DNA of 64,000 bases from Chloroflexi bacterium CFX3. GTDB taxonomy: Bacteria > Chloroflexota > Anaerolineae > Aggregatilineales > UBA2796. Shown here piece by piece: positions 27,035 through 35,771 of the stretch. The stretch lies in the NCBI GenBank assembly GCA_030263685.1, contig SZPJ01000003.1:336073-400072 (forward strand). Reading direction: 5' to 3'. Under the pieces are notes generated by a model. The model saw only the letters and a list, made by a program, of their open reading frames with translations, ran no database searches and was not told the origin of the DNA. The stretch's first letter is position 1. Each line of letters opens with the position of its first letter. Both the position numbers and the translations under genes were made by a program.

Positions 27035-27151
27035 ATGAAGGTTAGACCATCGGTGCGGAAGATGTGCGCCAAATGCCGTTTTGTGCGTCGGCGCGGTTAT
27101 CTGTATGTGATCTGCCCTGTTGATCCAAAGCACAAGCAGCGTCAGGGCTGA
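27035..27151 (+). CDS. rpmJ: 50S ribosomal protein L36, zinc-ribbon (C+) form
   Basis: '[37 protein letters not shown]' has the CxxC...C...H zinc ligands. A GGAGG RBS lies 6 nt upstream. It is too short for the >=60-aa ORF track. The frame is consistent with the antisense ORF 27008..27193 in the track. Confidence 0.75.
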   Translation: MKVRPSVRKMCAKCRFVRRRGYLYVICPVDPKHKQRQG

Positions 27152-27220
27152 TCGGCACCACCCTAACAATATGGATCGACAGAAAACGGGCAACTTTCGC
27201 CCGTTTTTTGTCGTTGCCGG

Positions 27221-29083
27221 CTAAGCATTCACCTGTGCAGCATCCTCAGCGGCGGCATCATCCGCAGCCGCAAATTGGCGCTGGTGCAATGCCGTATAAA
27301 CGCCATCTCGCGCTAAGAGTTCGGCGTGTGTGCCATCCTCCACAATGCGCCCACCTTTCATCACCAAGATGCGATCCGCCTCACGGATGGTACTCAACCG
27401 ATGTGCGATCACAAGGCTGGTGCGTTCGCGGAGCATTTGCCGCAAGCCCTGCTGGATGAGTTCTTCCGTCTCGCTATCAATATTGCTGGTTGCCTCGTCC
27501 AGCACCAAAATGCCCTCAGGGCTGTGCAGCAGGGCGCGTGCCAACGCCAGCAATTGGCGCTGACCTTGCGAAAGGTTACCGCCGCCGGGCAGCAGCACAT
27601 GATCGTAGCCGCCTGCCAAACGCTCGATGAACGGCGCCGCGCAAGCAACCTCAGCGGCGGCGCGCATCTGAGCATCGGTGATCTTTGGGTTGAACAGGCG
27701 CAGATTATCCGCCACCGTGCCGTTGAAGCAGTACGGACTCTGCGGCACGACGGCAACCATCCGCCGCAAGTCGCCAAAGGCGATCTGGCGAACATCCACG
27801 CCGTCAATCAGAATGCGCCCTTTGACCACATCGTAGAAACGCGCCAACAAGCCCGCCAACGATGTCTTGCCGGCGCCCGTCGCGCCGACGATTGCCACAA
27901 ACTGCCCGCTTGGGATGTGCAGATCAATGCCGCGCAGCACCGGCGCGCCTTCTTCATAGTGAAAATGGACGCCCTCAAAGCGCACGTCACCGCGCACGGC
28001 TGTGATCGGCGTCGGCTGCTCAGGCTCGGTGAGCGTTGGCTCAACACGCAGCATCCGCGCAATGCGCTCGCCGGCCGCCAGTGCCGTTTGAATCTGTGCG
28101 AATTGTTCAGCAAGGTTCAGGATCGGATCAAAGCTGCGCTGTTGATACTGAATGAAGGCGATCAGCGTGCCAAGCGTTGCCCAGCCCGCCAAGACGCCCG
28201 ATCCGCCGCCATACAGCACCATCCCTAAACCGATAGCCGTCATCAACTGCAAAATTGAGGCGTAGACCGTGTACTGATCGCGCAGCCGCATATGCGTATC
28301 GCGCCGTGTGCTGTTCAGCGACTCGAATTCTTGAAAGCTGAGTTGCTGCCTGCCAAAAAGCTGCACCACCAACATGCCGTTGAACTGCTCATTTAGAAAA
28401 GCGAGTGTATCGGCAACCAAGCGGTGCAAAAAGCTGGACGTGCGCCGAATTTGGTTGCGGAAGAAAGCAGTCGCCGCCGTCATCACAGGCAGCACTGCCA
28501 GCGCAATCAACGCCAACTGCCAATTGATTACAAACATCGTGATAACAATGCTCACCAACAGCACAAGGCTGCTCACCACCATGATGAAGCTGGTCGAGAC
28601 CAACTCGGTGAGGGCTTCCACATCGTTGGAGAGCCGTGCCACAATCTGCCCAACCGGCGTTGTATTAAAGTAGCGCATATCTTGGCGCAGAATGTGTTCA
28701 AACAAGCGTTGGCGTAAGTTCAGCAGCGCCGATTGCCCAACCGTCTGCAATAGGTAGAGGTAGGCAAAGCGCAGCGCAAAGACGAGCAAAATTGAGCTGA
28801 AGTAGATGACGCCGAGCGGAATTAAGCCGCTTAAATCGCCCCTTGTGATCGGATCATCCACTGCCAACTGAATCAGGTAAGGCGGCAGCAGCGAAAGCCC
28901 TGTGACGATCAGCAGCAAGGTGAACACGATAATCAACTGCCGCCAATAGGGACGCAAGAACTGCCCAAGCATCCACAGCAAGTAACGGTCAGTGATCTTG
29001 ACGGTTGCAGCAGCCTCAGCAGGCGCAGCGTTTGGCGGTCGAATCACGGCTGAATGCTCCAACTTAGACGGGCTAACAATCAT
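27221..29083 (-). CDS. ABC exporter, fused TMD-NBD (MsbA/multidrug type)
   Basis: Six TM helices, then Walker A 'GATGAGKTS', signature 'LSQGQRQLLALARAL' and Walker B 'ILVLDEATS'. Confidence 0.85.
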   Translation of the reverse strand: MIVSPSKLEHSAVIRPPNAAPAEAAATVKITDRYLLWMLGQFLRPYWRQLIIVFTLLLIVTGLSLLPPYLIQLAVDDPITRGDLSGLIPLGVIYFSSILLVFALRFAYLYLLQTVGQSALLNLRQRLFEHILRQDMRYFNTTPVGQIVARLSNDVEALTELVSTSFIMVVSSLVLLVSIVITMFVINWQLALIALAVLPVMTAATAFFRNQIRRTSSFLHRLVADTLAFLNEQFNGMLVVQLFGRQQLSFQEFESLNSTRRDTHMRLRDQYTVYASILQLMTAIGLGMVLYGGGSGVLAGWATLGTLIAFIQYQQRSFDPILNLAEQFAQIQTALAAGERIARMLRVEPTLTEPEQPTPITAVRGDVRFEGVHFHYEEGAPVLRGIDLHIPSGQFVAIVGATGAGKTSLAGLLARFYDVVKGRILIDGVDVRQIAFGDLRRMVAVVPQSPYCFNGTVADNLRLFNPKITDAQMRAAAEVACAAPFIERLAGGYDHVLLPGGGNLSQGQRQLLALARALLHSPEGILVLDEATSNIDSETEELIQQGLRQMLRERTSLVIAHRLSTIREADRILVMKGGRIVEDGTHAELLARDGVYTALHQRQFAAADDAAAEDAAQVNA

Positions 29084-29154
29084 AACGCCAAATGCCGTAT
29101 AGGGCGAATCAGGCTATGATCTGCCTACCGATAACGAGACGAGTGTATAGCCAT

Positions 29155-30003
29155 ATGGTCGGCAAAATCATCCTCATCACGGGCGCAACCAACGGCATCG
29201 GCAAAGCTGCGGCGGGCGCACTTGCCAAACAGGGCGCGCACGTCCTGATCGTTGGGCGCAATTCGCAAAAGTGCGCTGAGACCGTTGCAGAGATTCGGCG
29301 CAACACGGGCAATCAGGCGGTGGAAGCATTCACGGCGGATTTATCATCTATGGCAGAGGTGCGCCGCCTTGCTGATCAGGTGAAGGCAGCCTATTCGCGC
29401 CTTCACGTCTTGCTGAACAACGCTGGCGCCTATTATGCCACGCGCCAAATGAGTGCCGATGGCTACGAGATGAGCTTTGCGCTCAACCACCTGAGCTACT
29501 TCTACCTGACGGTGCTGCTGCTCGATCTGTTGAAGGCAAGCGCGCCGTCGCGCATCATCAACGTCTCATCAAGCGCGCATATGTTTGCCAAGCTCAACCT
29601 GACCGATCCGCACAATCCGAAACGCTATAACGGACTCCGCATTTATGGCGAAACCAAACTGGCAAACCTTGCCTTCACCTATGCACTGGCACGCCGCTTG
29701 CAAGGCACAGGTGTCACAGCCAATGCCATGCATCCTGGTCTGGTGCGAACAGGCTTTGGTCACAACACCAACGGTTTGATGACGCAGATATTCAGTGTGT
29801 TACAGCGCTTCGGGCTAACGCCAGAGCAGGGCGCCGATACAGCCGTGTATCTGGCATCCTCACCTGAAGTGGAAGGCGTCACGGGCAAATATTTCACTAA
29901 GCGACAGGCAATCGCAAGCAGCCGCGCCGCTCACGACCAACAAACGGGCGAGGCACTTTGGGCGCTCAGCGAACGGCTGATCGCCGAGAAACAGCCCGCC
30001 TAA
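29155..30003 (+). CDS. SDR-family oxidoreductase (retinol dehydrogenase/WWOX-like)
   Basis: 'KIILITGATNGIGKAAA' is the Rossmann TGxxxGIG motif, followed by 'NNAG' and a 'YGETK'-like catalytic YxxxK. The start is at MVGK, not the ORF-track 29092. Confidence 0.8.
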   Translation: MVGKIILITGATNGIGKAAAGALAKQGAHVLIVGRNSQKCAETVAEIRRNTGNQAVEAFTADLSSMAEVRRLADQVKAAYSRLHVLLNNAGAYYATRQMSADGYEMSFALNHLSYFYLTVLLLDLLKASAPSRIINVSSSAHMFAKLNLTDPHNPKRYNGLRIYGETKLANLAFTYALARRLQGTGVTANAMHPGLVRTGFGHNTNGLMTQIFSVLQRFGLTPEQGADTAVYLASSPEVEGVTGKYFTKRQAIASSRAAHDQQTGEALWALSERLIAEKQPA

Positions 30004-30015
30004 AAACACCTTGCG

Positions 30016-30696
30016 TTAAGCGTTTGCCGATTGGGCGCGGGCGGATTCGATAAGGCGCTTGATGTGATCCGTGAGCAGATGAATTGCCACATCGTTGTAG
30101 CCACCTTCTGGCACAATCATATCGGCGTAGCGCTTGCTTGGCTCTACAAAGTCGAGGTGCATTGGGCGCACGGACTCAAGGTATTGATGAATAATTGACT
30201 CAACCGTGCGTCCGCGCTCGCTCACATCGCGCTCTAGGCGGCGGATGAAGCGAATATCGGCATCGGCATCCACAAAAATACGCACATCAAATTGATCGCG
30301 CAGGGCGGCATCGGCAAAAATTAAAATGCCTTCCACCAGCACAATCGGGGCAGGGTGGACTGTGCGCGTTTGTGTGCTGCGGCTGTGTGTGCTGAAGTCG
30401 TAAACGGGGATTTGGGCGGGAATACCTTGCCGAAGCTGCATAATATGCTGTACCAGCAGGCTTGTTTCAAGGGCATCTGGGTGATCAAAGTTGACGATCT
30501 CGCCGCCAATGCGCGGAATGGCATCAAAATCGCGGTAATAGGCATCGTGCGGCAGGCAGGCGATGTTCTGTTCGCCAATTGCCGCCAGAATGCGCTGGGC
30601 AACGGTGGTCTTGCCCGAACCGCTGCCGCCTGCCACACCAATCACGACGGTGCGGCGCTGATCGGAAGCTGCCGAATCAGGGTTCACGCTATACAC
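30016..30696 (-). CDS. udk: Uridine kinase
   Basis: 'VIGVAGGSGSGKTTVA' P-loop, 'DAYY' and 'NFDHPDA' are uridine/cytidine kinase motifs. Confidence 0.85.
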   Translation of the reverse strand: MYSVNPDSAASDQRRTVVIGVAGGSGSGKTTVAQRILAAIGEQNIACLPHDAYYRDFDAIPRIGGEIVNFDHPDALETSLLVQHIMQLRQGIPAQIPVYDFSTHSRSTQTRTVHPAPIVLVEGILIFADAALRDQFDVRIFVDADADIRFIRRLERDVSERGRTVESIIHQYLESVRPMHLDFVEPSKRYADMIVPEGGYNDVAIHLLTDHIKRLIESARAQSANA

Positions 30697-30989
30697 TCCT
30701 TTTGTTTCTATGGGTGCGGTGGTCTACCTTATGCGCTGCGAAGAGCGAGCAGCCAGCATAAGTGTGGGTGCTTTCACAATGCGATGAATTTTAACATTGA
30801 GCCGTGCCGCGCACAACTGCGCTTTTGGGTGGCATGGTGCAGATCAAGGGTAGGGGCTGCTAAAAGTGTACGAATCGCCCGTAATAAGCGGAGCATTTAC
30901 TCTGCGCGCTCAATTCCGCCACGCAAGTCACCACGCCGCTCAAGGGCGTGGTGAAAAATATGACGATGCCGATTGTGCGTGGGCGGGCT

Positions 30990-33011
30990 TTATCCCTCGT
31001 TCGCTTCAGCGGTGTGTTCGCCGTTGCGTCCGCTTGGCGCGGACTGGCTTAGGCCGCTCAGGATGCTATCGCGCAGGCGGCGAATTTCATCGGAGGCAGC
31101 GCCATTTGCCGCAGTGCCTTCCCCAACCGGCACACCTAGCTTTTCCGAGAGCAAGAGCATCATCAGCCCTTCAAAGGCGCTGTATGAGCTGCTGCCGTTG
31201 TCCACGCCGCCAGTGGTCACGACCATGCGCGGCACCACCTCAATGCCAGCGTTTTCAATGGCTTGGCTGAAGCGCTCCAATGCCTGTTGCAGCACTTGGA
31301 ATTGCGGCCCGCCGTAGGCACGCACCTGCTCCTCAACGGCGATGGCACGGGCGATACCAATGCGTGCATCACGCTCTGCCTCTGCTTCAGAGATTGCCTT
31401 GATCTTCGCCGCCTCTTGCAGTGAGCGCTGATAAGATGCCTTACCTTCATTGCTCTGAATGGTGATGCTGATCTCAGATTCGGTGAGGGCAGTCTGCTGC
31501 TTGGCGATTGCCTCTGCTTGGCGCAGTTCGCGCTCTTTGGCGGCTGCCTGCTGCTTGCGGTTGTAGGTTTCGATCTGCTCAATGGCGATCTGGCGATCAC
31601 GCAGTTGGGCAAGGATTTCTTCGATCTTGCGGTCATTGGCGGAAGAAGCAGGCGTGCCGATCAGCACTTCTTCCAACTCTAGGTTGTAGTGTGCGAAACG
31701 ATCCTGCATCTCTTGTGAGGATTGCTGCTGAATTTGGCTGCGCTCTTGGATGAGCTGGATCAGGGTGCGCGTCTGCCCGATGTTTTTGAAGTAAGCAGCA
31801 ACCATTGGGTCAAGCGTCTGATCAACCAACTTTTTAATGTCGCCAAAGCGCTGAATGACCAACGGCGCTTTGCGGTAGTCAATGTGCATCACGACGGAAA
31901 GCGGCAGCACAGGCTCAAAGGCATCTTTGGTGATCAGTTCAATTGCCGAGAGGTTTTCGTCAAAGCGATGTGTGCCAACCTCATCCTTATTCCACTTCAA
32001 GATGATGTTGGTGGTCGGCACCATGATCACCTGCCCAGCGTAGGTGTTGAAGGCGTATTTGCCCGGCATCAGCGGCTCGCTCCACACGCCTTTTTCGCCG
32101 CGCTGGACGAGTTCACCATGCTTGTACTCACCACCGGAGAGATCGTCGCCGCGAGAGCCAGCGTAGGAAACCACCACGCCTACATAGCCAACCTCAACCA
32201 CAGTTTTGTTAATGACCTCAACAGTGGCGAACAAGCGGTTAATGTAGTAGGTGCCTTCCACAATCACCTGAAGTTGGCGTCCGCGCCTGCCACCGGCGCG
32301 CAAGAACTTCTCTGGGTCTTGGAAGTTGTTATGATACGTCGCGTGATCGTCGGGTTCTGTGCCAACCGTTGGCGCGATGATGGCATCTTGCTCAAGGGCG
32401 GGACCATCGTGGACGGTCACGATGCCGACTTTGTCATCCGTACCCTTGATGACGACCGGACGGAATGCCTCGCGCTCGCGCAGCAAGCCTGCCATGCGCT
32501 TGAAGATCGCCTCTTCCTCACGGCTGATAGGCAGATAGTACAAGCCGTCTTCCGCAAAGACGACGAAAAGCACCAAATTCAGCGCGTAGGTGCCTTCGCG
32601 CAAAATTTCGCGCTGCGGTCCGCGCTGACCGCCATTCTTAAGGAAACCTTCGACATCTTGAAAGGTCTTGCCCTCTGGCACGACATTGGCAAGCGCCTGT
32701 GTTGGTGAAAGCGGAATGCCATCCCGCGCAAAGACGTAGCCAATCTGCCCTTGTGGAATAGTGACCAACGGCACAAGATGCACCTTGTATTGAATGGGCA
32801 TCAGCCAAGACAGACCACCACGCAGCACATTGGGTTGGTAGCCCGCTTCCTTGTTCAGCGCGATGAAGGTATCCGCCTTCACAGAGCCTTTGGTGGCAAA
32901 ACGCTTTTCCACAATGCCAACACGGTTATTTGGCACGTAGCGCACGCCTGAAATCAGGAACACAAGCACACTGCCTACCGTGATCAGCAGCACTATAAAG
33001 AGAAATTCCAT
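30990..33011 (-). CDS. Flotillin-like SPFH/band-7 protein
   Basis: N-terminal TM, the SPFH domain, and a long Ala/Glu/Gln-rich coiled coil ('AAAKERELRQAEAIAKQQTALTE...') over 673 aa. Confidence 0.8.
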   Translation of the reverse strand: MEFLFIVLLITVGSVLVFLISGVRYVPNNRVGIVEKRFATKGSVKADTFIALNKEAGYQPNVLRGGLSWLMPIQYKVHLVPLVTIPQGQIGYVFARDGIPLSPTQALANVVPEGKTFQDVEGFLKNGGQRGPQREILREGTYALNLVLFVVFAEDGLYYLPISREEEAIFKRMAGLLREREAFRPVVIKGTDDKVGIVTVHDGPALEQDAIIAPTVGTEPDDHATYHNNFQDPEKFLRAGGRRGRQLQVIVEGTYYINRLFATVEVINKTVVEVGYVGVVVSYAGSRGDDLSGGEYKHGELVQRGEKGVWSEPLMPGKYAFNTYAGQVIMVPTTNIILKWNKDEVGTHRFDENLSAIELITKDAFEPVLPLSVVMHIDYRKAPLVIQRFGDIKKLVDQTLDPMVAAYFKNIGQTRTLIQLIQERSQIQQQSSQEMQDRFAHYNLELEEVLIGTPASSANDRKIEEILAQLRDRQIAIEQIETYNRKQQAAAKERELRQAEAIAKQQTALTESEISITIQSNEGKASYQRSLQEAAKIKAISEAEAERDARIGIARAIAVEEQVRAYGGPQFQVLQQALERFSQAIENAGIEVVPRMVVTTGGVDNGSSSYSAFEGLMMLLLSEKLGVPVGEGTAANGAASDEIRRLRDSILSGLSQSAPSGRNGEHTAEANEG

Positions 33012-33155
33012 GCCGCAATCCTCCGCTTACGATGAGCGACAGCCTCATCATACCGCGAAACGGGCGCAACCGATCCTCTCAAAAAATAGGGGTTGATGGC
33101 TCTCTGCAAGCAAACAAAAAAGGCGCTTTACTGCGCCTGGGGTGCATCTATGCTG

Positions 33156-33229
33156 TGGGTCGTAGAAGACTCGAACTTCTGACCTCGTCGATGTCAACGA
33201 CGCGCTCTAACCAACTGAGCTAACGACCC
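33156..33229 (-). tRNA. tRNA-Val (anticodon GAC)
   Basis: The reverse complement folds as a cloverleaf: acceptor GGGTCGT/ACGACCC, D-arm GCTC-AGTTGGTTA-GAGC, anticodon stem CGTCG with loop TTGACAT, variable loop AGGTC and T-arm AGAAG-TTCGAGT-CTTCT. The CCA is not encoded. Confidence 0.85.
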
Positions 33230-33422
33230 ATCTTGTGAAGTGTATTATAAAGCAGGGCAACGGGCTTGGCAAGAGGCAACCACACCTACCATAAAAAACG
33301 CTCAGACTATTGAAAAACTATAAATTTACCGCAAAACTTTTTGAACAGGCTTGCCTTGCTCACAAAGTAGGCATAAGATGTGGCAGGATAGCTCGCAATT
33401 CTAGAGAGGGAACAGCAACCCT

Positions 33423-33782
33423 ATGCGTAAGTTGGCGGCTTGTCTTGTTGTCTTGATGTTGGTAGTCGGCTTCACCATTCCCTTCCAGAGTGCCTCTGCT
33501 GACGCATATGTGAAATTCGCAGAACTCACTTGTAGCTCATTTAAAGCCGTTGGCTCATCCGACGCACCGTATGTAATCCTCTTTGTCTACGAATACAACA
33601 CAGCTCAGGTGTATTGGGTAGCGCTTCCCGTCATTGATGGCAGTTATGGCGGTAAAGTTGTGTTCCCCGAACAACAGCCCGGAACAATGATTGATTACTA
33701 CGTCTGGGGCGCACCTGAGCCTGACTACAACTCATTCGACCGCGGCGCCTACTACAATACCCTCATCCCCTGCACAATCTAG
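33423..33782 (+). CDS. Small secreted protein (119 aa, signal peptide), function unknown
   Basis: 'MRKLAACLVVLMLVVGFTIPFQSASA' is a signal peptide. The coding region and the 190 nt upstream are visibly AT-richer than the flanks. A candidate promoter TTGCCT-17-TAAGAT lies upstream. Confidence 0.5.
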   Translation: MRKLAACLVVLMLVVGFTIPFQSASADAYVKFAELTCSSFKAVGSSDAPYVILFVYEYNTAQVYWVALPVIDGSYGGKVVFPEQQPGTMIDYYVWGAPEPDYNSFDRGAYYNTLIPCTI

Positions 33783-33804
33783 TTGCCTTGCTGATAAGAT
33801 GCGT

Positions 33805-33831
33805 CAGAGGCGGTCAAGTTGACCGCCTCTG
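33805..33831. terminator. Perfect 11-bp hairpin (CAGAGGCGGTC-AAGTT-GACCGCCTCTG) between convergent genes; candidate bidirectional terminator
   Basis: It lies between the stop of the secreted ORF (+) and the stop of nuoI (-). Confidence 0.4.
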
Positions 33832-33840
33832 TGCGTGCAT

Positions 33841-34335
33841 CTATTTCGGGTCTTCCATATCCGGGATGGAGCGCGTGTAGACGCCCGGCTCAACCGTCTG
33901 CGGTGTGCCTTGCACGCCTTCCGCGGGCGCGTCAATCAGCATATCTTTGGTGTAAATCGCATCACGGCGGTTGGTGAAGCTCAGCTGATGATCATGCTCC
34001 AGCACAATCGCCTGTGTTGGGCAGGCATCTTCGCAATAGCCGCAGAAAATGCAGCGCAGCATGTTGATCTCATAGGTCTTGGCGTAGCGCTCACCCGGCG
34101 AGTAGCGCTCCTCGTCGGTATTCTCAGCCGCCTCTACCCAGATCGCATCGGCAGGGCAGGCCGCCGCGCACAGCGAACAGCCAATGCAGCGCTCTAAGCC
34201 ATTCTCGTAGCGTTTCAGGTGATGGCGTCCCTTAAAGCGCTCCCGCACGGGACGTTCTATCTCAGGGTAGCTCACCGTCACAGGTTCTGTGCCAACGTGC
34301 TTAATGGTCGTCAGCAAGCCCTTGATAATGTTCAT
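33841..34335 (-). CDS. nuoI: NADH-quinone oxidoreductase subunit I
   Basis: Two CxxCxxCxxxCP 4Fe-4S motifs ('CIGCSLCAAACP', 'CIFCGYCEDACP'). Confidence 0.9.
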   Translation of the reverse strand: MNIIKGLLTTIKHVGTEPVTVSYPEIERPVRERFKGRHHLKRYENGLERCIGCSLCAAACPADAIWVEAAENTDEERYSPGERYAKTYEINMLRCIFCGYCEDACPTQAIVLEHDHQLSFTNRRDAIYTKDMLIDAPAEGVQGTPQTVEPGVYTRSIPDMEDPK

Positions 34336-34426
34336 TTACAGACCTCTCCTCAGCCCAAACCGACTCGTCTAAATTCAGGAAGCCTCACAGTCAGGTAACC
34401 ATGAGGCATTTGCTCAGGTTTAACCG

Positions 34427-35771
34427 CTAATTGCCGCCCGACTTCGTGTCGTCAAGGCGCACAGCGCGCTGCACATTCCGCAATTGGCGCAGGCCGCCAT
34501 TGAACAGCCACACCGGAATCATCAGCAGAATGCCGACCGCGCTCACAATTTGGAAGCCGAGACTGCGCCGTTCAAGCGCCACTTCTTCCACACGCGAAGG
34601 CGCTTCATCGTCACCAGCGCGCCCTTGCATCATCACCGCACCGACCACAATCGTCACAATGGCACCACATATCCAAGCGAAGGTGCCAGCCGCTTGCCCA
34701 AAGGCATCGCCTGCCAACACAGCGACTGCCGTCCAGCCGGCAGCCACCAGCGCCAACGGAAACAGCACCTTCCAGCCCAGCGCCATCAAGCGGTCGTAGC
34801 GGATGCGCGGCAGCGTTGCACGCAGCCAGATCATGCCCATCAGGAATAGGATGACCTTCACGCCGAACACAATCGGACCCAAGATCGGGATTTGGTCAAC
34901 CAAGATGAAGTGATAGCCGCCGAAAAAGAGCGCCACAGCCACCACGCTGACCGAGATCATGCTGATGTATTCCGCCATGAAGAACAGGGCGAACTTCATG
35001 CCGCTGTATTCCGTGTGATAGCCGGCGGTCAGCTCTTGCTCTGCTTCGGGCAGGTCAAACGGCGCACGGTTTACCTCTGCCAGCAGCGCCACAAGCAAAA
35101 TAATCGCCGCAACAGGATTCTGGAAAACATACCAGCCCAAGATGGAAGGCGTCGCTTGTGAGTCCACAATCGTTTGCAGGCTCATCGAGCCAGTCACAAT
35201 AATCGGGATGGACATGCTGACGCCTAGGCTCAGTTCATAGCTAACCATCTGTGCTGAAGCGCGTAAGCCGCCCAACATGGAATACTTGTTGTTGCTTGCC
35301 CAGCCCGCCAACACAATGCCATAGCTGCCCAAGCTGAACCATGCCAGCATGAACAGAATGCCTACGTTTACATCGGTCAAGCCCAGCGGCACACGGTACC
35401 ACAAGCCGTCAAACCACGGGATGAGGATGGGCGGACCAAGCGGCACAACTGCCACCACCATAATTGCCGGGATCACTTTCAAGACGGGCGCAATCCAGAA
35501 GATAACGCGATCCGCGCTGCTTGGCGTCACGTCTTCTTTGAAGAATAGCTTGATGGCGTCGGCAATCGGAAACAGCAAGCCCAATGGACCTGCGCGATTC
35601 GGACCGAGCCGATCTTGAATGAAGGCGATAAAACGGCGCTCCAGCAGCGTGGTGTAGGCAAAGCCCGTCAGCAGTGTGATGAAGATCAACAAGCTGATAA
35701 CCACAGCACGGATCACGCCGCAGCCGCCCGAAGCGGCGCAGTCTATGATCAGGTTTGGATCGATGTTAAAC
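34427..35771 (-). CDS. nuoH: NADH-quinone oxidoreductase subunit H
   Basis: 'FIAFIQDRLGPNRAGPLGLLFPIADAIKLFFKED' is NuoH/ND1. The start is at MFNIDP, overlapping the nuoG stop by a few nt. Confidence 0.9.

Noticed and set aside
27035-27151. Apparent 1-nt frameshift inside rpmJ near 27057-27061, by my reading of the printed bases
   Set aside because: The supplied six-frame track translates the opposite strand here as ...[21 protein letters not shown]. That requires the forward sequence ...GTG CGG (A/G)AG ATG TGC..., i.e. an intact L36 frame (MKVRPSVR[K/E]MCAKC...). I attribute the discrepancy to my character-level reading, not to a real pseudogene.
31722-32708. 328-aa + strand ORF
   Set aside because: It is antisense to the flotillin-like gene and has no motifs.
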